A stretch of DNA of 64,000 bases from Octopus sinensis (GCF_006345805.1 NC_043011.1:3472001-3536000); one strand, 5' to 3'; counted from the first letter of the stretch, positions 11,950 to 24,839 are shown. Made by a program: numbers and translations. The notes: generated by a model not told the origin, from the letters alone.

Positions 11950-12599
11950 TTTTAAGACTACATTTATAAATGTACCAAACATAGATTGCATTTATTTATG
12001 AACTTTTCCAATTTATTATAATCAATTAATCATTGATTAAGTTAAGTATATCTTTACTGCATATTATTCATACATTTATTCATTTATTTATCAATACATT
12101 TACATATTTGCATATTTCTTATACTTGTTTGTTTGTATGTATTTTCAAATATTGATCTTGTGGCAGTTTTATGCCTGTGTATTTTACTTAGTTTCAAATG
12201 ATATCTTTGATCACACTGTCTACCTCTAATTCTTTGTTGTTATATATATTTTGGGGAGGAATTATTTTCATTGTTAAGTATCAAATTTGTTCTAAACATT
12301 GGAATTTAAAAGAAAAATTCACTGAAATAATACAACAATATTTATTGGAAACTGATAGCTTCACAAATCTTTACTCAAATTTTCTCATTTCTGGTCTACA
12401 GAGAATTGTTTATCACACTTATCATCTGTAGATTATCAAAACTGAGAAACAGAATGTAATGATTTGGAAAATTAATTATCACACACAGATGCACATGCAC
12501 ACATGCACACACACACACACACAAGTGAGTGGACAAACAAAAGAAAGAGGCACTCAATACATGTAGTAAGAGTTATAAACAGCTTATTGCATTAGGTTC

Positions 12600-12935
12600 C
12601 TGTATTAAGTCTACAAAACTTTAAGTTGCATCAGACCAAATATAACTGTTGAAGAAAAACAAAAATGCAATCTCTTTAGATTTGAAATGGAGTACAGTAA
12701 AGATGATGCCAATTATAATTGGTGAGTTGGAAACAGTAAGCCAAGATATAGACAAATGGCTGAAGGAGATTGAAATAGGATGCCCAGTAGAGCTCCTACA
12801 GCAAGGATTATCAGGAGGGTTCTAAGCACTTAAAAGACTGCTGAAAACTTGTGGATACCTAAGGTTACAGGTAGTAACCTGCTACCCACATAAATCCGAG
12901 ACAAAATAATAATAATGATAATAATAATAATAATA
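12600..12935 (+). mobile_element. R4/Dong-like LINE 3' end with (AAT)n tail
   Basis: MMPIIIGELETVSQDIDKWLKEIEIGCPVELLQ matches the RLE-LINE C-terminal pattern PIIIGALGT..LLQK. Confidence 0.75.
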
Positions 12936-12951
12936 AATTCTGCCAAGGTCG

Positions 12952-13798
12952 ACAATGTGTATATGTATCTATGTATCTACTTCTTTTGTGATGTGATAAA
13001 CATTTAAAAATACAAAACGAACGCTGTCACCACCCTCTCTCTTTCTCTCTCTCACTTCCTCTCTGTCCTCCTCTCTCTCGCTTTGCCACTTCTTCGAAGT
13101 AAGTGTGACACACACAACAGGTACATACAAAAACAAAAAGCATATTAATATAATTGATGATGATGATAGTAATAATAATAATAATTGTTATTATTATTTC
13201 ATACTTTTTGCCACAAGGGCAGCTTGGGGGAATGTGGGGATGAGTCGATTACATCCACCCCAGTGTCCAACTGGTACTTATTTTATCAACCCTGAAAGGA
13301 TGAAGGACTAAGTCGATCTCGGTGGAATTTGAACTCAGAGCATAGCAACAGGTGAAATAACGCTGGACACAATGCTTAGTGGTATTTCACCCGTTGCTAT
13401 GTTCTGAACTCAAATTCCACCAAGGTAGACTTAGTCTTCCATTCGTTCAGGATTGATAAAATAAGTACCAGTTGAACACTGGGGTGGATGTAGTTGACTC
13501 ATCTCCACCTTCCCCAAGCTGCCCTTGTGGCAAAAAGCTTGAAATAATAATAACAATTATTATTATTATTACTATCATCATCATCAATTATATTAATATG
13601 CTTTTTGTTTTTGTATGTACCTGTTGTGTGCGTCACACTTACTTCGAAGAAGTGGCAAAGCGAGAGAGAGGAGGACAGAGAGGAGAGAGAAAGAGAGAGA
13701 GTGAAAGAGACAGCGAGTGGTGACGGCGTTCGTTTTGTATTTTTAAATGTTTATCACATCACAAAAGAAGTAGATCCATAGATACATATACACATTGT
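12952..13798. repeat. ~410-bp fold-back inverted duplication centred on a SINE B head
   Basis: Arms 12952-13359 and 13383-13798, 23-nt loop, roughly 90% matched by eye; includes ~250 bp of non-SINE flank. Confidence 0.93.
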
Positions 13799-14076
13799 TA
13801 AATCAAATGCAAGAGAGAAAAGGGACACAAAACAAGAGAAAGTGAGAGAGACAGTAGATACATAAATCCAAAGAAAAGTTCATACATAGATACATACACA
13901 CAGCAAATATTGGATGTCAATTTCACTTTTCATTACCACACAAGGATAAAATTAACTGACAAATGGCTGAGTACTCCACAGACATGCATAACATTAACGT
14001 AGTTCTCAGGAAGATTGAGCCTCAGACAGAAAATGGCAAGGCTGGCCCCTTTGAATTACAGCTACAACTCGAGACA

Positions 14077-14892
14077 TCTATATATATAAAACTCAACTTG
14101 TGTGTCTGTGTGTGTGTCTGTGTGTTTAAATTCCCGGCACATCTCCTCCTAGCCAACAAATCGTAGAACCACCAAAAATAAGTCACTTAAAGTTTAGGTG
14201 AATGAAAGTTGATCTGCACTATTTCTGTTCCGAAATTCATCTCACAAGTGAAAATGTCGATAATGTGTTTGTTTAGGCCATGCATTGAATAGTGAACTTT
14301 ACTCAGTCAGCTGTTTGACGTGAACTGTGTTCACCATGCATGCAAGCATGCGTAAATTGCATGAAAAATAAAAAATCAAGATATAAAAACGAATCGCCGT
14401 AAACATTGTATAAATTCTGCAAAGAAATGAATTTTCGGGATGTAGCCTGGAGGCTTTTTTCGTATTAATCGTTTGGACTTTGTAAACACATACCAATTGT
14501 TTTCATAACATTTTTAATGCTTTGAATTAAATGTGACCATTTTGCGTTGAGTCTGCAGTTTGAATCACTTTAACCAAATTTTAGCAGGCCGATTTTTGAT
14601 CATCATGATACATCACCAGCGACTCTCTGAAACTCTCCCCTGAAATCCCCGTTGAGAAATACTGATCTAAAAGAATAATTCAACAATGCAATTATTTGAT
14701 CAGCAAAAATTTATGAAACGCTTCTACGTACTTCCTATTGAGGAAATGGAACACATAAGTGCAAAAATAGAGGACACTAAATGCTTGATTTTAAAACCAA
14801 AATAATTGAATTTTGATTGAACTTCATCCAAGTTTAGCTTAATTCACGCATGCATAGAACGCACGAGCGCACGAGCCGGGCAATACTGCTAG
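14077..14892 (+). mobile_element. Probable non-autonomous Helitron
   Basis: A|TCTATATATATAAAA at the 5' end and GC-rich patch + CTAG|T at the 3' end (canonical A/TC...CTAG/T). The subterminal hairpin is weak. Confidence 0.62.
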
Positions 14893-15411
14893 TATATATA
14901 TAAAATCAAAATTCAAATAGGTATTCATTATCTTTAAAGAATATAGATAAAATGTCCAGCAAACATAACCCAAATAGACAAAATATGTATTATTAAAAGT
15001 CAGAGTACAATATGTACCTCTTTGCTAGAAAGAAGAGTTAAAACTCTTGAAGCCATGCATCTCTCACTATATCATTACTTTCTTAAAGGTAATGATAACT
15101 TATTTGAATTTTAAATTTAGGGCCTTCAGCTGAACAAATGCACACAGAATGGTAAATATATATTTAAAATAGTTTATGTAGCAAACCTAACTGATGATCT
15201 TTAAGTGCCATTCAGCACAGAAATTGAAATCAATTGATACTGGGATGTCTACTCTTTACTGTGTGGTTTTACAAATGAGGGGGGGGCTGTTTTTTAGTAT
15301 ATTTGCTACATTTTCCATGCATGTTCACATATAGTGAGAGATATGTGGCTTTGGAGAGCTTTAACTTTTCTTTCTAGCAAACAGGTGCATATTGTACCCT
15401 GACTTTTAATA

Positions 15412-15446
<35 letters not shown>

Positions 15447-15531
15447 TATATACCGGAGTAAACACATAAATGTGAAACAAGGTGGAAAAAAAGAGTACTC
15501 AAATACCAGGGGTAGAGTAATGTGCTTTATT

Positions 15532-15563
15532 ACGAACGGGAACGTGAAACTCCGAGTAACAGG
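15532..15563 (+). ncRNA. 5'-truncated hammerhead remnant in a PLE footprint
   Basis: ACGA-ACG(GGAA)CGT-GAAA-CTCCGAG-TA-ACAGG; the CUG and the 5' strand of stem I are missing. Confidence 0.55.
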
Positions 15564-15595
15564 TTTTGTTGCATTTCTGCTGCTTTTAAATAAAG

Positions 15596-15675
<80 letters not shown>

Positions 15676-15751
15676 TTTCGTTTTTCCCCAGACACAACAG
15701 AATATAGATAGATAGATAGATGGATATAGATATAATCATCGACATATAAGC

Positions 15752-16150
15752 ATGGGAGTGGCTGTGTGGCAAAAAGCTCACTTCCCAACCACATGGTTCC
15801 AGGTTCAGTCCTACTGCATGGCACCTTGGGCAAGTGTCTTCTATTACATCCTCAGGCCAACGAAAGTCTTGTGAATGGATTTGGCAGATAGAAATTGAAA
15901 GAAGCCCATCAAATATATATATATACATGCATGTATGTGTGTATCTTGTGTTATGTATTTGGCCCCATCATCGCTTGACAACCAGTGTTGGTGTGTTTAC
16001 ATCCCTATAACTTAGTGGTTCATCAAAGAGACCAGTAGAATAAGCTTTAGGACTTAAAAAATGTCCTGGGGTTGAATTGCTCGACACAAACACTTAAAGG
16101 CTGTGTTCCAGCCATGGCTGCATTCAAATGAGTGAAAGAAATAAAAGAAT
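15752..16150 (+). mobile_element. SINE family A, older diverged copy
   Basis: ggagtggctgtgtgg..ggttcagtcc..ccttgggcaagtgtcttct; tail ccagccatggctgcattcaaatgagtgaaa. Confidence 0.85.
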
Positions 16151-16180
16151 AAAAAAATACAACAGGACATATATCTGATT

Positions 16181-16610
16181 GGATCTTTTCGGTTTGGAAG
16201 GCAGTTTTTTCTAGCGGTGTCATATGAAATTGTCACCCATAATTATGACCCTAGTATCGATCTATTGCATTTCAATCTGTTTTAGGGTTAGTTAGGGTTA
16301 GGGTTAGGGGTGGGGGGAAGGGTATCTTGTTTTCTTCACAAATGTAAATAAACCCAATCTGTTTCTTAAACGAGGGACATATTCATACGGCACAGAATGT
16401 TTTTTTATCTCAATACATGTCAGTGATTGGTTGAAATTGCAGAAATTGAAGAAAAAAAAAACAACAAATATCTTTCAAACTATAGAATTTTCTCAATAAA
16501 GCCAAGAGAAAAAGATGTTTTATAAACACATTCTACCAGTATACGAAGTTTAAAATTATTTATTTATTTAGAAATTATGTTAAAAACTGCCATTCAAACC
16601 AAAAAGATCC
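16181..16610. mobile_element. 430-bp TIR MITE with 8-bp TSD and internal TTAGGG repeats
   Basis: TSD atctgatt (16173-16180, 16611-16618); 29-bp TIR with 26/29 match, starting GGATC; (TTAGGG)n at 16282-16309. Confidence 0.9.
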
Positions 16611-17070
16611 ATCTGATTCAATTTGGTCACCCCTATTAAAACAAGAATTATTTCACAATGTAACAGTATATGTTCCATCATTTTTTTTTTGTCTCGTGTA
16701 TTCTGCACAGTATTCTGAGTTATAATGAAAAGGATATAAATTCAGCATCAATAAGATCAATTGTGTTTTTCAGTTATTTACATTTGTCTCATTTTTGTTG
16801 TTTTACATCATCAGCTGGTTGGGCCTTCTTTGCAAGACGATGCTATCATGTAAACAATTTGAAAATTGTCCATATAAGAAACTTTGCATCAACTGTAATT
16901 GGTAAGGTTCTTGTATTTCCTAATGCCCTTTACCTCATAACCTTTCTATGGATTCCTAGATAATAAGAATGTTATCCTCTTAAACTGAAGGTCATCCAGT
17001 TGAGTGAGTGGCCATGACTGATGTCATGGTGTTTCTTCAAAATATTTAGGAATCTTTCTGTCACATGAAT

Positions 17071-17290
17071 TTAACCCTTTCATTACCGTATTTATTTTGA
17101 GATGCTCTGTGTTTCTTTCAATTATTTTAAATATAACAAAGATTTTAGTAAAATAACTTAGTTACCATTAAGCTAGTGTAAGGAACATGAAATGTGACTA
17201 AGGTTTGGTGGAAGATTTTAATTTAAAACTTAAGAAAACAAGACATTTGTACTACAGAGCCAGAGGCGGTTTTGGCCAGGTTGGTAATGA
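17071..17290. mobile_element. piggyBac-type MITE, copy 3 (right terminus lost)
   Basis: Same sequence as 8562-8789. Confidence 0.85.
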
Positions 17291-17426
17291 GTGTAGGCTG
17301 TTGTCACAACCAATCATTGTTACTGTGGCCTGTTATCATTCACTCCGTATTTTAGTTCATATTAATATCAAAAATAAACCAAACTCTCCCTGTCTCTATC
17401 TTTTTCTCTCTTACTATATTTATACA

Positions 17427-17462
<36 letters not shown>

Positions 17463-18611
17463 CATACATACAAACACATACTACATACACACACACACAT
17501 ATATATATGCACAGATTCTTTTGATTGCATAATGCAAAGAAAACTAACAAATGGACAAATAATAAAAAAAAGTCAATTTTATACATATTTAAAAAATATG
17601 TTCACATATACACACATATGTATACAAATAAATATATTGGTGTTATATATATATAATATATATATATATATAGTTTGAAGACAACATTACAAAGGACAAT
17701 GCAAGTCTCACAAATATGGTAATAGTTTAATGCTTCAATAAGTAAGCAAAGCCTTAAAATTTTTGATATTAGCTCTTAATGAAAAGAAGAGAAAGAGAGA
17801 AGCATAAGGAAGTGAGAAAGAGAAACAGTCAATACATTAAAAAAGGAATGGTAGGTAAAAAAGGCACAGGAAAGAGGCAAATGATTAGAAACCAGCTGGG
17901 AATCCTGTTCTGTGACAAGAGTAAGAGTTACAAAGAGAGGAAGCAGGTTAATTATGTTTGTTAGTGTTGAATATGTGTATTTGTATAGATGCATATCATT
18001 TGGGAAGTATAATGGTATTGGTTCGGGGTGTGAGGCTGTTTATGTGTATGTAATTGATAGGTGGGTAATGTGGAGATATATAGGCGAGGAGGTGAGAGAG
18101 CATGTGCAGGTATGTAAGAATAAAGGTATTGGAAAAGGACATGGGATGGCAAGGTGGAAGGAGTTATTGATGTTAGCACAAGTGCATGATAAAAACACAT
18201 AGAGGTGAAAAAGCATTTTTCCAGGCATGTTGCTGAAAAACAAAGAGGGGAAGTTTAAACACCCCAACAATACACATAGAAAAATTAATATGTGACTACT
18301 TACATGGAAACCAAACAGTCGAATAATTTGACTGCAACATAACAAAATCAAACAGAATTGCTAATGTGGGAGCCTAACAGCAAAAACACCTTTGCTGGGA
18401 AAATCTATATACATTCAGTGAGTATAGAAGAAGCACCACGGAGGTTAAAACCTATTTCAGTTCTTTAAAATGTGATTGTGAAGGTTTGGAAATGTTGAAT
18501 AAGGGTTTAGTAACATCTGAACTGACCACCACCAACAGCAAGAAACAGATATGAAAATATGAATAGTTCATAATAGAAAGATAAAACTATTTTTAATGAA
18601 GCATATCTTTT

Positions 18612-18972
18612 ATTTTTTACTTGTTTCAGTCATAAGACTGTGGCCATGCTGGAGCACCACCTTGAAGAATTTTTATTTATTTGTTTCTTAAGCCTGGTGC
18701 TTATTCGATTGATCTCTTTTGCCAAGCTGCTAAGTTACTGGGACATAAACACACCAACACTGGTTGTCAATTGGTAGCAGTGGACAAACACACACACACA
18801 CACACACACAAAGCTACAATGGGCTTCTTTTAGTTTCCTTCTACCAAATACACTCACAGGGCTTTGGTCAACCTGTAACTATAATAGAAAAGACTTGCCC
18901 AAGGTGCCACACAGTGGGACTGAACCCAGAACAATGCAGTTGTGAAACAAGCTTCTTTCCACACAGCCACAC
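18612..18972 (-). mobile_element. SINE family A, older copy
   Basis: Tail, spacer and head all recognisable. Confidence 0.85.
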
Positions 18973-19260
18973 TTGGTCCCATATAAGTATTTATATCAAA
19001 GGCTGTTTCTAGTCCTGCATCTTTGATTTTGTAAAGTTTTTGTTCAACTTTCTTGCAGTATCCTTGTTCTAACTTGTCTGTCCTATTCAGCTTTTATAAT
19101 TACTTTACCATTTCTTTCCCTTATTGATCATTGATTACCAGTAGCTTTCTACTCGTTCTGTTGATGGGATGTCTTCACTGATATTGCATTAATTTTGTTA
19201 AGGCTCTGAGAGACTGATTTGGGATCTCAAAGCAAACAATCTATTCAGTGTTTTCCATTT

Positions 19261-19663
19261 ATACTCTTTTACTTGTTTCAGTCATTTGACTGCGGCCATG
19301 CTAGAGCACCGCCTTTAATCGAGCAACTCGACCCCGGGACTTATTCTTTTCGTAAGCCCAGTACTTATTCTATCGGTCTCTTTTGCCGAACCGCTAAGTA
19401 ACGGGGACATAAACACACCAGCATCGGTTGTCAAGCAATGCTAGGGGGACAAACACACACCCACACACACACACACACATATATATATATACATATATAT
19501 GACGGGCTTCTTTTCAGTTTCCGTCTACCAAATCCACTCACAAAGCTTTGGTCGGCCCGAGGCTATAGTAGAAGACACTTGCCCAAGGTGCCACGCAGTG
19601 GGACTGAACCCAAAACCATCTGGTTGGTAAACAAGCTACTTACCACACAGCCACTCCTGCGCC
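19261..19663 (-). mobile_element. SINE family A, young full length
   Basis: Near-identical to 24840, 32693, 47150 and 53986 copies. Confidence 0.94.
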
Positions 19664-20092
19664 TACTCTTTAGGTTTATATTTTAAATTTTCAGCTGTTG
19701 CTGTTTGTTGTTGTTTCAGCTGCTGGAATTTAAGGTTTTAGCTTTCGCGTCCCCAAGTTTTGCCTTCCAAGTTTATCTTTCAACCACTTCTGATGAATTT
19801 ACTGATCATGTTGCACATCATAATTATGGTAATTGGCAAGATACCTCTTTGATGAAACAAAATTCTATTTTTCAGATTGTGAACCTAACTCAGCCCTGGA
19901 TGTGTACCTTTGTCTTTATTGTACAACTCCAGTTGCTTGTGGTAGATAAGTGATAACACATATATCAAGTGATTTATAGTCTCATATGTAGGGGGCAGAG
20001 AGAAAGAGAGAGAGATTTTCATCTCTCTGAAACAAAAATCTAGGTGAAAATTTTGCTTCTAGCTAAAAGGTTAACAGTTCATATCCCATCTA

Positions 20093-20325
20093 AGGCAGCG
20101 AGCTGGCAGAAACGTTAGCACGCTGGACGAAATGCTTTGCAGTATTTCGTCTGCCATTACGTTCTGAGTTCAAATTCTGCCAAGGTTGACTTTGCCTTTC
20201 ATCCTTTCAGGGTTGATAAATTAAGTACCAGTTATGCACTGGGGTCAATGTAATCACTTAATCTGTTTGCCTGTCCTTGTTTGTCCTCTCTGTGTTTAGC
20301 CCCTTGTGGGTAGTAAAGAAATAAT
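20093..20325 (+). mobile_element. SINE family B, 15-bp TSD
   Basis: TSD ttcatatcccatcta at 20078-20092 and 20326-20340. Confidence 0.93.
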
Positions 20326-21806
20326 TTCATATCCCATCTACAGTCTAATGTGAGAAGTCAGATTATATCAGAATTTAAAAGCTATTGTTGGTTGTATTTA
20401 TTTTACAGTTTCTGTAATGGGATACAAACATGTTGCGACATCACATTCAGAAATTTAATTAACAATTTGAGTATTTTGAGTCCAGTAGTCATAATTTGGT
20501 CCTTATTTTGACCCATGAAAGGCAAAGTGACCTGAGTAGGATCTGGGCTTAAATCCTGAAGAGACAACCAAATAGCTTAACAAGCTTTGTTTTGCTATCA
20601 AATTCATCCATCATTGTCCTTTGTATGGCATACAGACAAGCAGCCTGTTCAGGAGTAGAGAATAGGATGCTTGGATGTTAAGTAGGATGTTTTTCCTCTC
20701 ATTGCTTAAATGTCACAGCTGCTTTGTAAACTAATTCAATTGAGCAAGTGTTTCACTTCAAGGCTCCGATGAGTGTCAAAAGAATTAAATTTCTCAGCAG
20801 TTTATGGGAGGTAGCTGTTGAATTTAAATATTTGATCTTGTTTAGGGAAGGCTTACAAGGACATCAATATAGCAATTACAAAATAGCAGAGTATGTTTCA
20901 ATGATCCTTTGGCGTCATTATATTGATTCATATCAAACAAAGTTGTTTCTTATGATAGAATGATTTCCTAAATATTTGTACAATATCAGCCAATTTTATG
21001 CGTTCCTGTTTTCCCATTTTTGTACATGTGTATTATGCAAAATTAGGGTTAAAACAAAAACTAAATAAATTTCTAAAAAATCTCACCAAACTAGGAATTA
21101 TTATTAATATTAGTTTTAATCACATTATCTCAAGTAAAGATCCATAAAGAATGGCTTTAAAATAATTTTAAAAAATTACATTAATAAAATATAAGAAACA
21201 AGGAAAGCAAAACAATCTTCCTTTTGCTTCCTTTCCTTCCATCCCTTTTTTATATTGTTCTGCAAAACTTAACCATTCTCATACAAATGATTGTTAATGT
21301 ACCAAATAAATCTCTGAAATTAGAATAAGCTTTAAAAATAAAACTTTCTTTGATGTTTGCATTATTTTCAGAATATTGATTTCTGTTTGATCTGGCAGAA
21401 TCTATGTTTAAGGAAAGAGGGAAATATGAAGTATATATATATATTACTGACTTTCCCAGAGAGTATTATCAAAATTATAAAACTAAGCATTGGAATCCTA
21501 TCACAGTCTCATATTGCTGCATGCATTACTTTCCATTCTATGAATCTCACTGTTCCTTCCACATTCATAATTTGTAACTGTTATATTGGTCAACCAATGA
21601 GATTTTCATCAGCATCATTATCATCAATATCATCATCATCATCATCATCTTCATCATCATCATCGTCATCATCATCCTCATCATCTACATCATCATCATC
21701 ATCATCATCATCATCTCCACCACCATCATCCATTTGCCATCTTCGTTATCATTGTTATCGTTGTCAGCTTCATCATCATCTTCATCATAAACAACAATGC
21801 TTTCGC

Positions 21807-22089
21807 CCTGTGGTTCCCAAACTTTTTGGGCTGCCACCCCCTTGGCACTCAGGCCACTTTTCTAGCACCCTAACCCCAACTAACCATCACAAACGTAGAC
21901 CTCTTTCTGAAGCAAATTCAAAGCAACTGTATCTCACAAATATAACTTAACCTAAAGAACCGATTATTTTGTTGTTTTTTAAAAGGATTGCTACCCCGTT
22001 ATTGCCCCACTTATCAACCCCATCATTGCCCCTTTGGAACTTCCTCCTCCCCCACAAGGGGGCAATACAGATCACTTTAGGAAACATTG
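21807..22089. mobile_element. Degenerate hAT (Charlie-like) MITE
   Basis: Ends ctgtggttcccaaact / actttaggaaacattg resemble hAT cagtggttcccaaact TIRs; no TSD retained. Confidence 0.5.
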
Positions 22090-22096
22090 TTTAACC

Positions 22097-22859
22097 TATA
22101 AGGTGGTATCAAGAAGTCCCTAAACTAGTTCTCTAACATGTCAACAGATAACAACATACAGCCGAGTGCACAGAGATACTACATACATTCTGATCTTAGC
22201 CAAAAGGCTAAGTGAGAGCTAGCAGTGATCTACATGAGGTAGTGGGTCGAATGATATTGCTGTGTTTACTTTGCAAGTTGTGAAATTTGTGTTTTTGTGA
22301 TCATGTGTATACTGTAGTCTGTGATTTTGTTATGGACAGGAACAAAGAACCAATGTGAAGTTTTGCTTTAAACTTGAAAAGTCTGCTACAAAAACATTGA
22401 GTATGTTTCATCAAGCTTATGACAATGAGGAAATGAGTTATATGCAATGTTTCAAGTGGCATCGGTGCCTCAAAATGGAAGGACATCCTTGGAAAACAAC
22501 CAGATCTGTGGAGCTCAAAGAATTGGATTCTTTAATTTTTTTCTCACCACCGTACAGCAGATAATTACATTTTTCTCTCCCCAAAACAACATGGTATCAC
22601 TTCCACACCCACCCTATTTGTCAGATTTAGCACCTGCTGACTTCCATCTTTTCCCCAAGATGAAAATGCAGCTCAAAGGTCACCGTTTTAACACCATTGT
22701 CCAGAGTGAATCGCAGAAAGTCCTCAACTTACTTACAGAAAATGATTTCAAAAAGTGGCAGGAATTCTGTACAAGGTGACTATTTCAAAGGTGATGATGT
22801 TAAAACTTAGGTAAATAAGTTATTTTTTATTTAACATTATTTTTCGATACCACTTCATA
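22097..22859 (+). mobile_element. Internally deleted mariner
   Basis: TIRs tataaggtggtatcaagaa / ttttcgataccacttcata; N-terminal VKFCFKLEKSATKT and C-terminal LPHPPYLSDLAPADFHLFPKMK. Confidence 0.92.
22174..22212 (-). pseudogene. U2 snRNA 5' fragment (approx. nt 8-41) inside the mariner 5' region
   Basis: Minus strand cttagccttttggctaagatca-gaatgta-tgtagtatct versus U2 ctcggccttttggctaagatcaagtgtagtatct: an 18-nt and a 10-nt exact block. Confidence 0.75.
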
Positions 22860-23193
22860 TTTGGGTTCATTACATCTTCAAAAGGATGTTAGCACAATTA
22901 ATTTTGATCATTCCATCATCTGTGAAATGTGTTTTTTTTTTTGCATTTTTGTTTCAAATCTGACATCATAACATTTGTACAACATACAAATTGTTTTTTT
23001 TTTCAATTCATGTTTAGTGTAACTTTGACGTTGACTTGGTTGAATATACCTTTTCCTATGTCTGTCCATGACATGTCCATTTCAATAATGAACATTTTTG
23101 CTTAATTTATGACAGATTTCTTTGTAAAGAGTATCACCTACATACATAAACGCATATACACATACTCTCCCTCTTTTCATCTCTCTCTCTCTT

Positions 23194-23236
<43 letters not shown>

Positions 23237-24119
23237 CACACACACACACACACACACAGAAACACATAAATACACAACCTTAATACTGACTTTTTCTACT
23301 TTATTTCTGAATATGCAAAAGATGAAAAATGCTAATTAGATCTAATAGTTCAGTGCCATCAGATTTCCTAGCATTCAAAATTATACTAATTGAGCCCTCA
23401 TTGATTCCATAAATAGAGACTGTGTTAACATCTTTCAGTGGGGCCGTGTGAACTTTGTTACTTTTAACAACAAAATCTCTCACATTTTACTAATATAAAA
23501 AAAGAACTGCACAATACCACATACCCCCTAAACAAGATCAGCACTCAGCTACAGTCCTCAAAGGTTAGATCTTATTATAACTGAGTTTCTTTCCTGGAGA
23601 AAGTAGCAGATCCTTAACATAGCTATAACTACATCTCAAATACTGGCTTTTCTCTTCAGGGTCAGAAAATATTTCAGCCTCCAATAGTTGTCCATATTCA
23701 ATAATGTTCATGTGAGGCTTGCAATAAAGTACTGCTCCCACATTTCACATATGGTCACTGGTCCACACATACATTATCCTGGACTGAAACCGATGGAAGG
23801 GTCACTTAACTGGCTAGCATTCTATCCCTGACATGATCTAGCTTCTGATCCAGAGGCATATTGTCTGCACTCTTTGCCATTTCTGTTGCTATTATAAAGG
23901 TCTCCATTCCTTGAAGCTAGCTGGTCTTATACCCTCATCATTTAGGCTCCCCTGAACTATCTGTTTCATCGTCAAAACCATTGGCCTCCATGTTAACCAC
24001 CATGCCCAGTCCTTCCTTTAAGAAATATTTCTTTCTGGAACCTTCTCTATATGCATGTTTTTCTTACAAGCCTATAAAAGTGACACAACAACTACAAAAT
24101 AATGAGTCTCATTTATATA

Positions 24120-24350
24120 TTTCTTTATTGCCCACAAGGGGCTAAACACAGAGGGGACAAACATGGACAGACAAAGGGATTAATTCGATTGCATCTTCCC
24201 CAGAGCGTAACTGGTACTTAATTTATCGACCCCAAAAGGATGAAAGGCAAAGTCGACCTCGGCAGAATTTGAACTCGGAACGTAACGACAGACGAAATAC
24301 GGCTACGCATTTCGCCCGGCATGCTGACGTTTTTGCCAGCTCGCCACCTA
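24120..24350 (-). mobile_element. SINE family B
   Basis: Matches 4693-4926. Confidence 0.92.
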
Positions 24351-24839
24351 TAGTGGAATATATATTGTTTCCAAGTTCTTGCAGGAGTAGTCTCCTTGGG
24401 AGTGATGGATAAAATTCCATTCAAACTGGATAAACCTGAAGCTGAGTTTATTTTTGATACAGTTAAACTATTTAGTGCTGGAATCACTAAACTTCCATTG
24501 TGTTAAATTTGTGATTTATTTAATCCTTAAATTGATATGTGCTTACTAAATACATTTAATTTGCTTTTAATGGAATTTATGAGTCTACAGTTATGTTTCT
24601 TACCATATTTTTGTTTGTGGTTCTTTAATGTTTGATGCAGCCGACATTGATTGAAGCATTTATTTCTGATTGTCTAATTTCAAGTTAGTAGCTATGTCTA
24701 TGATTTATGGCTGATTTCTTTTTGTAGAACTTAACTGTCTGATGATAATCTAATTCTACTGAGTTTACATTTTTGGCTTTTAGATACTATATCAAAAACT
24801 ACATTATCCTTCCTTCTTTTTGTAAAATGGTATTTTTTT

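Noticed and set aside
16282-16309. True telomere or chromosome-fusion scar
   Set aside because: Only ~4 units, located inside a TSD-flanked MITE.
19871-19945. YLCLYCTTPVACG resembling a ZnF-UBP motif
   Set aside because: Cys spacing is off by one, the His ligands are absent, and there are no supporting exons.
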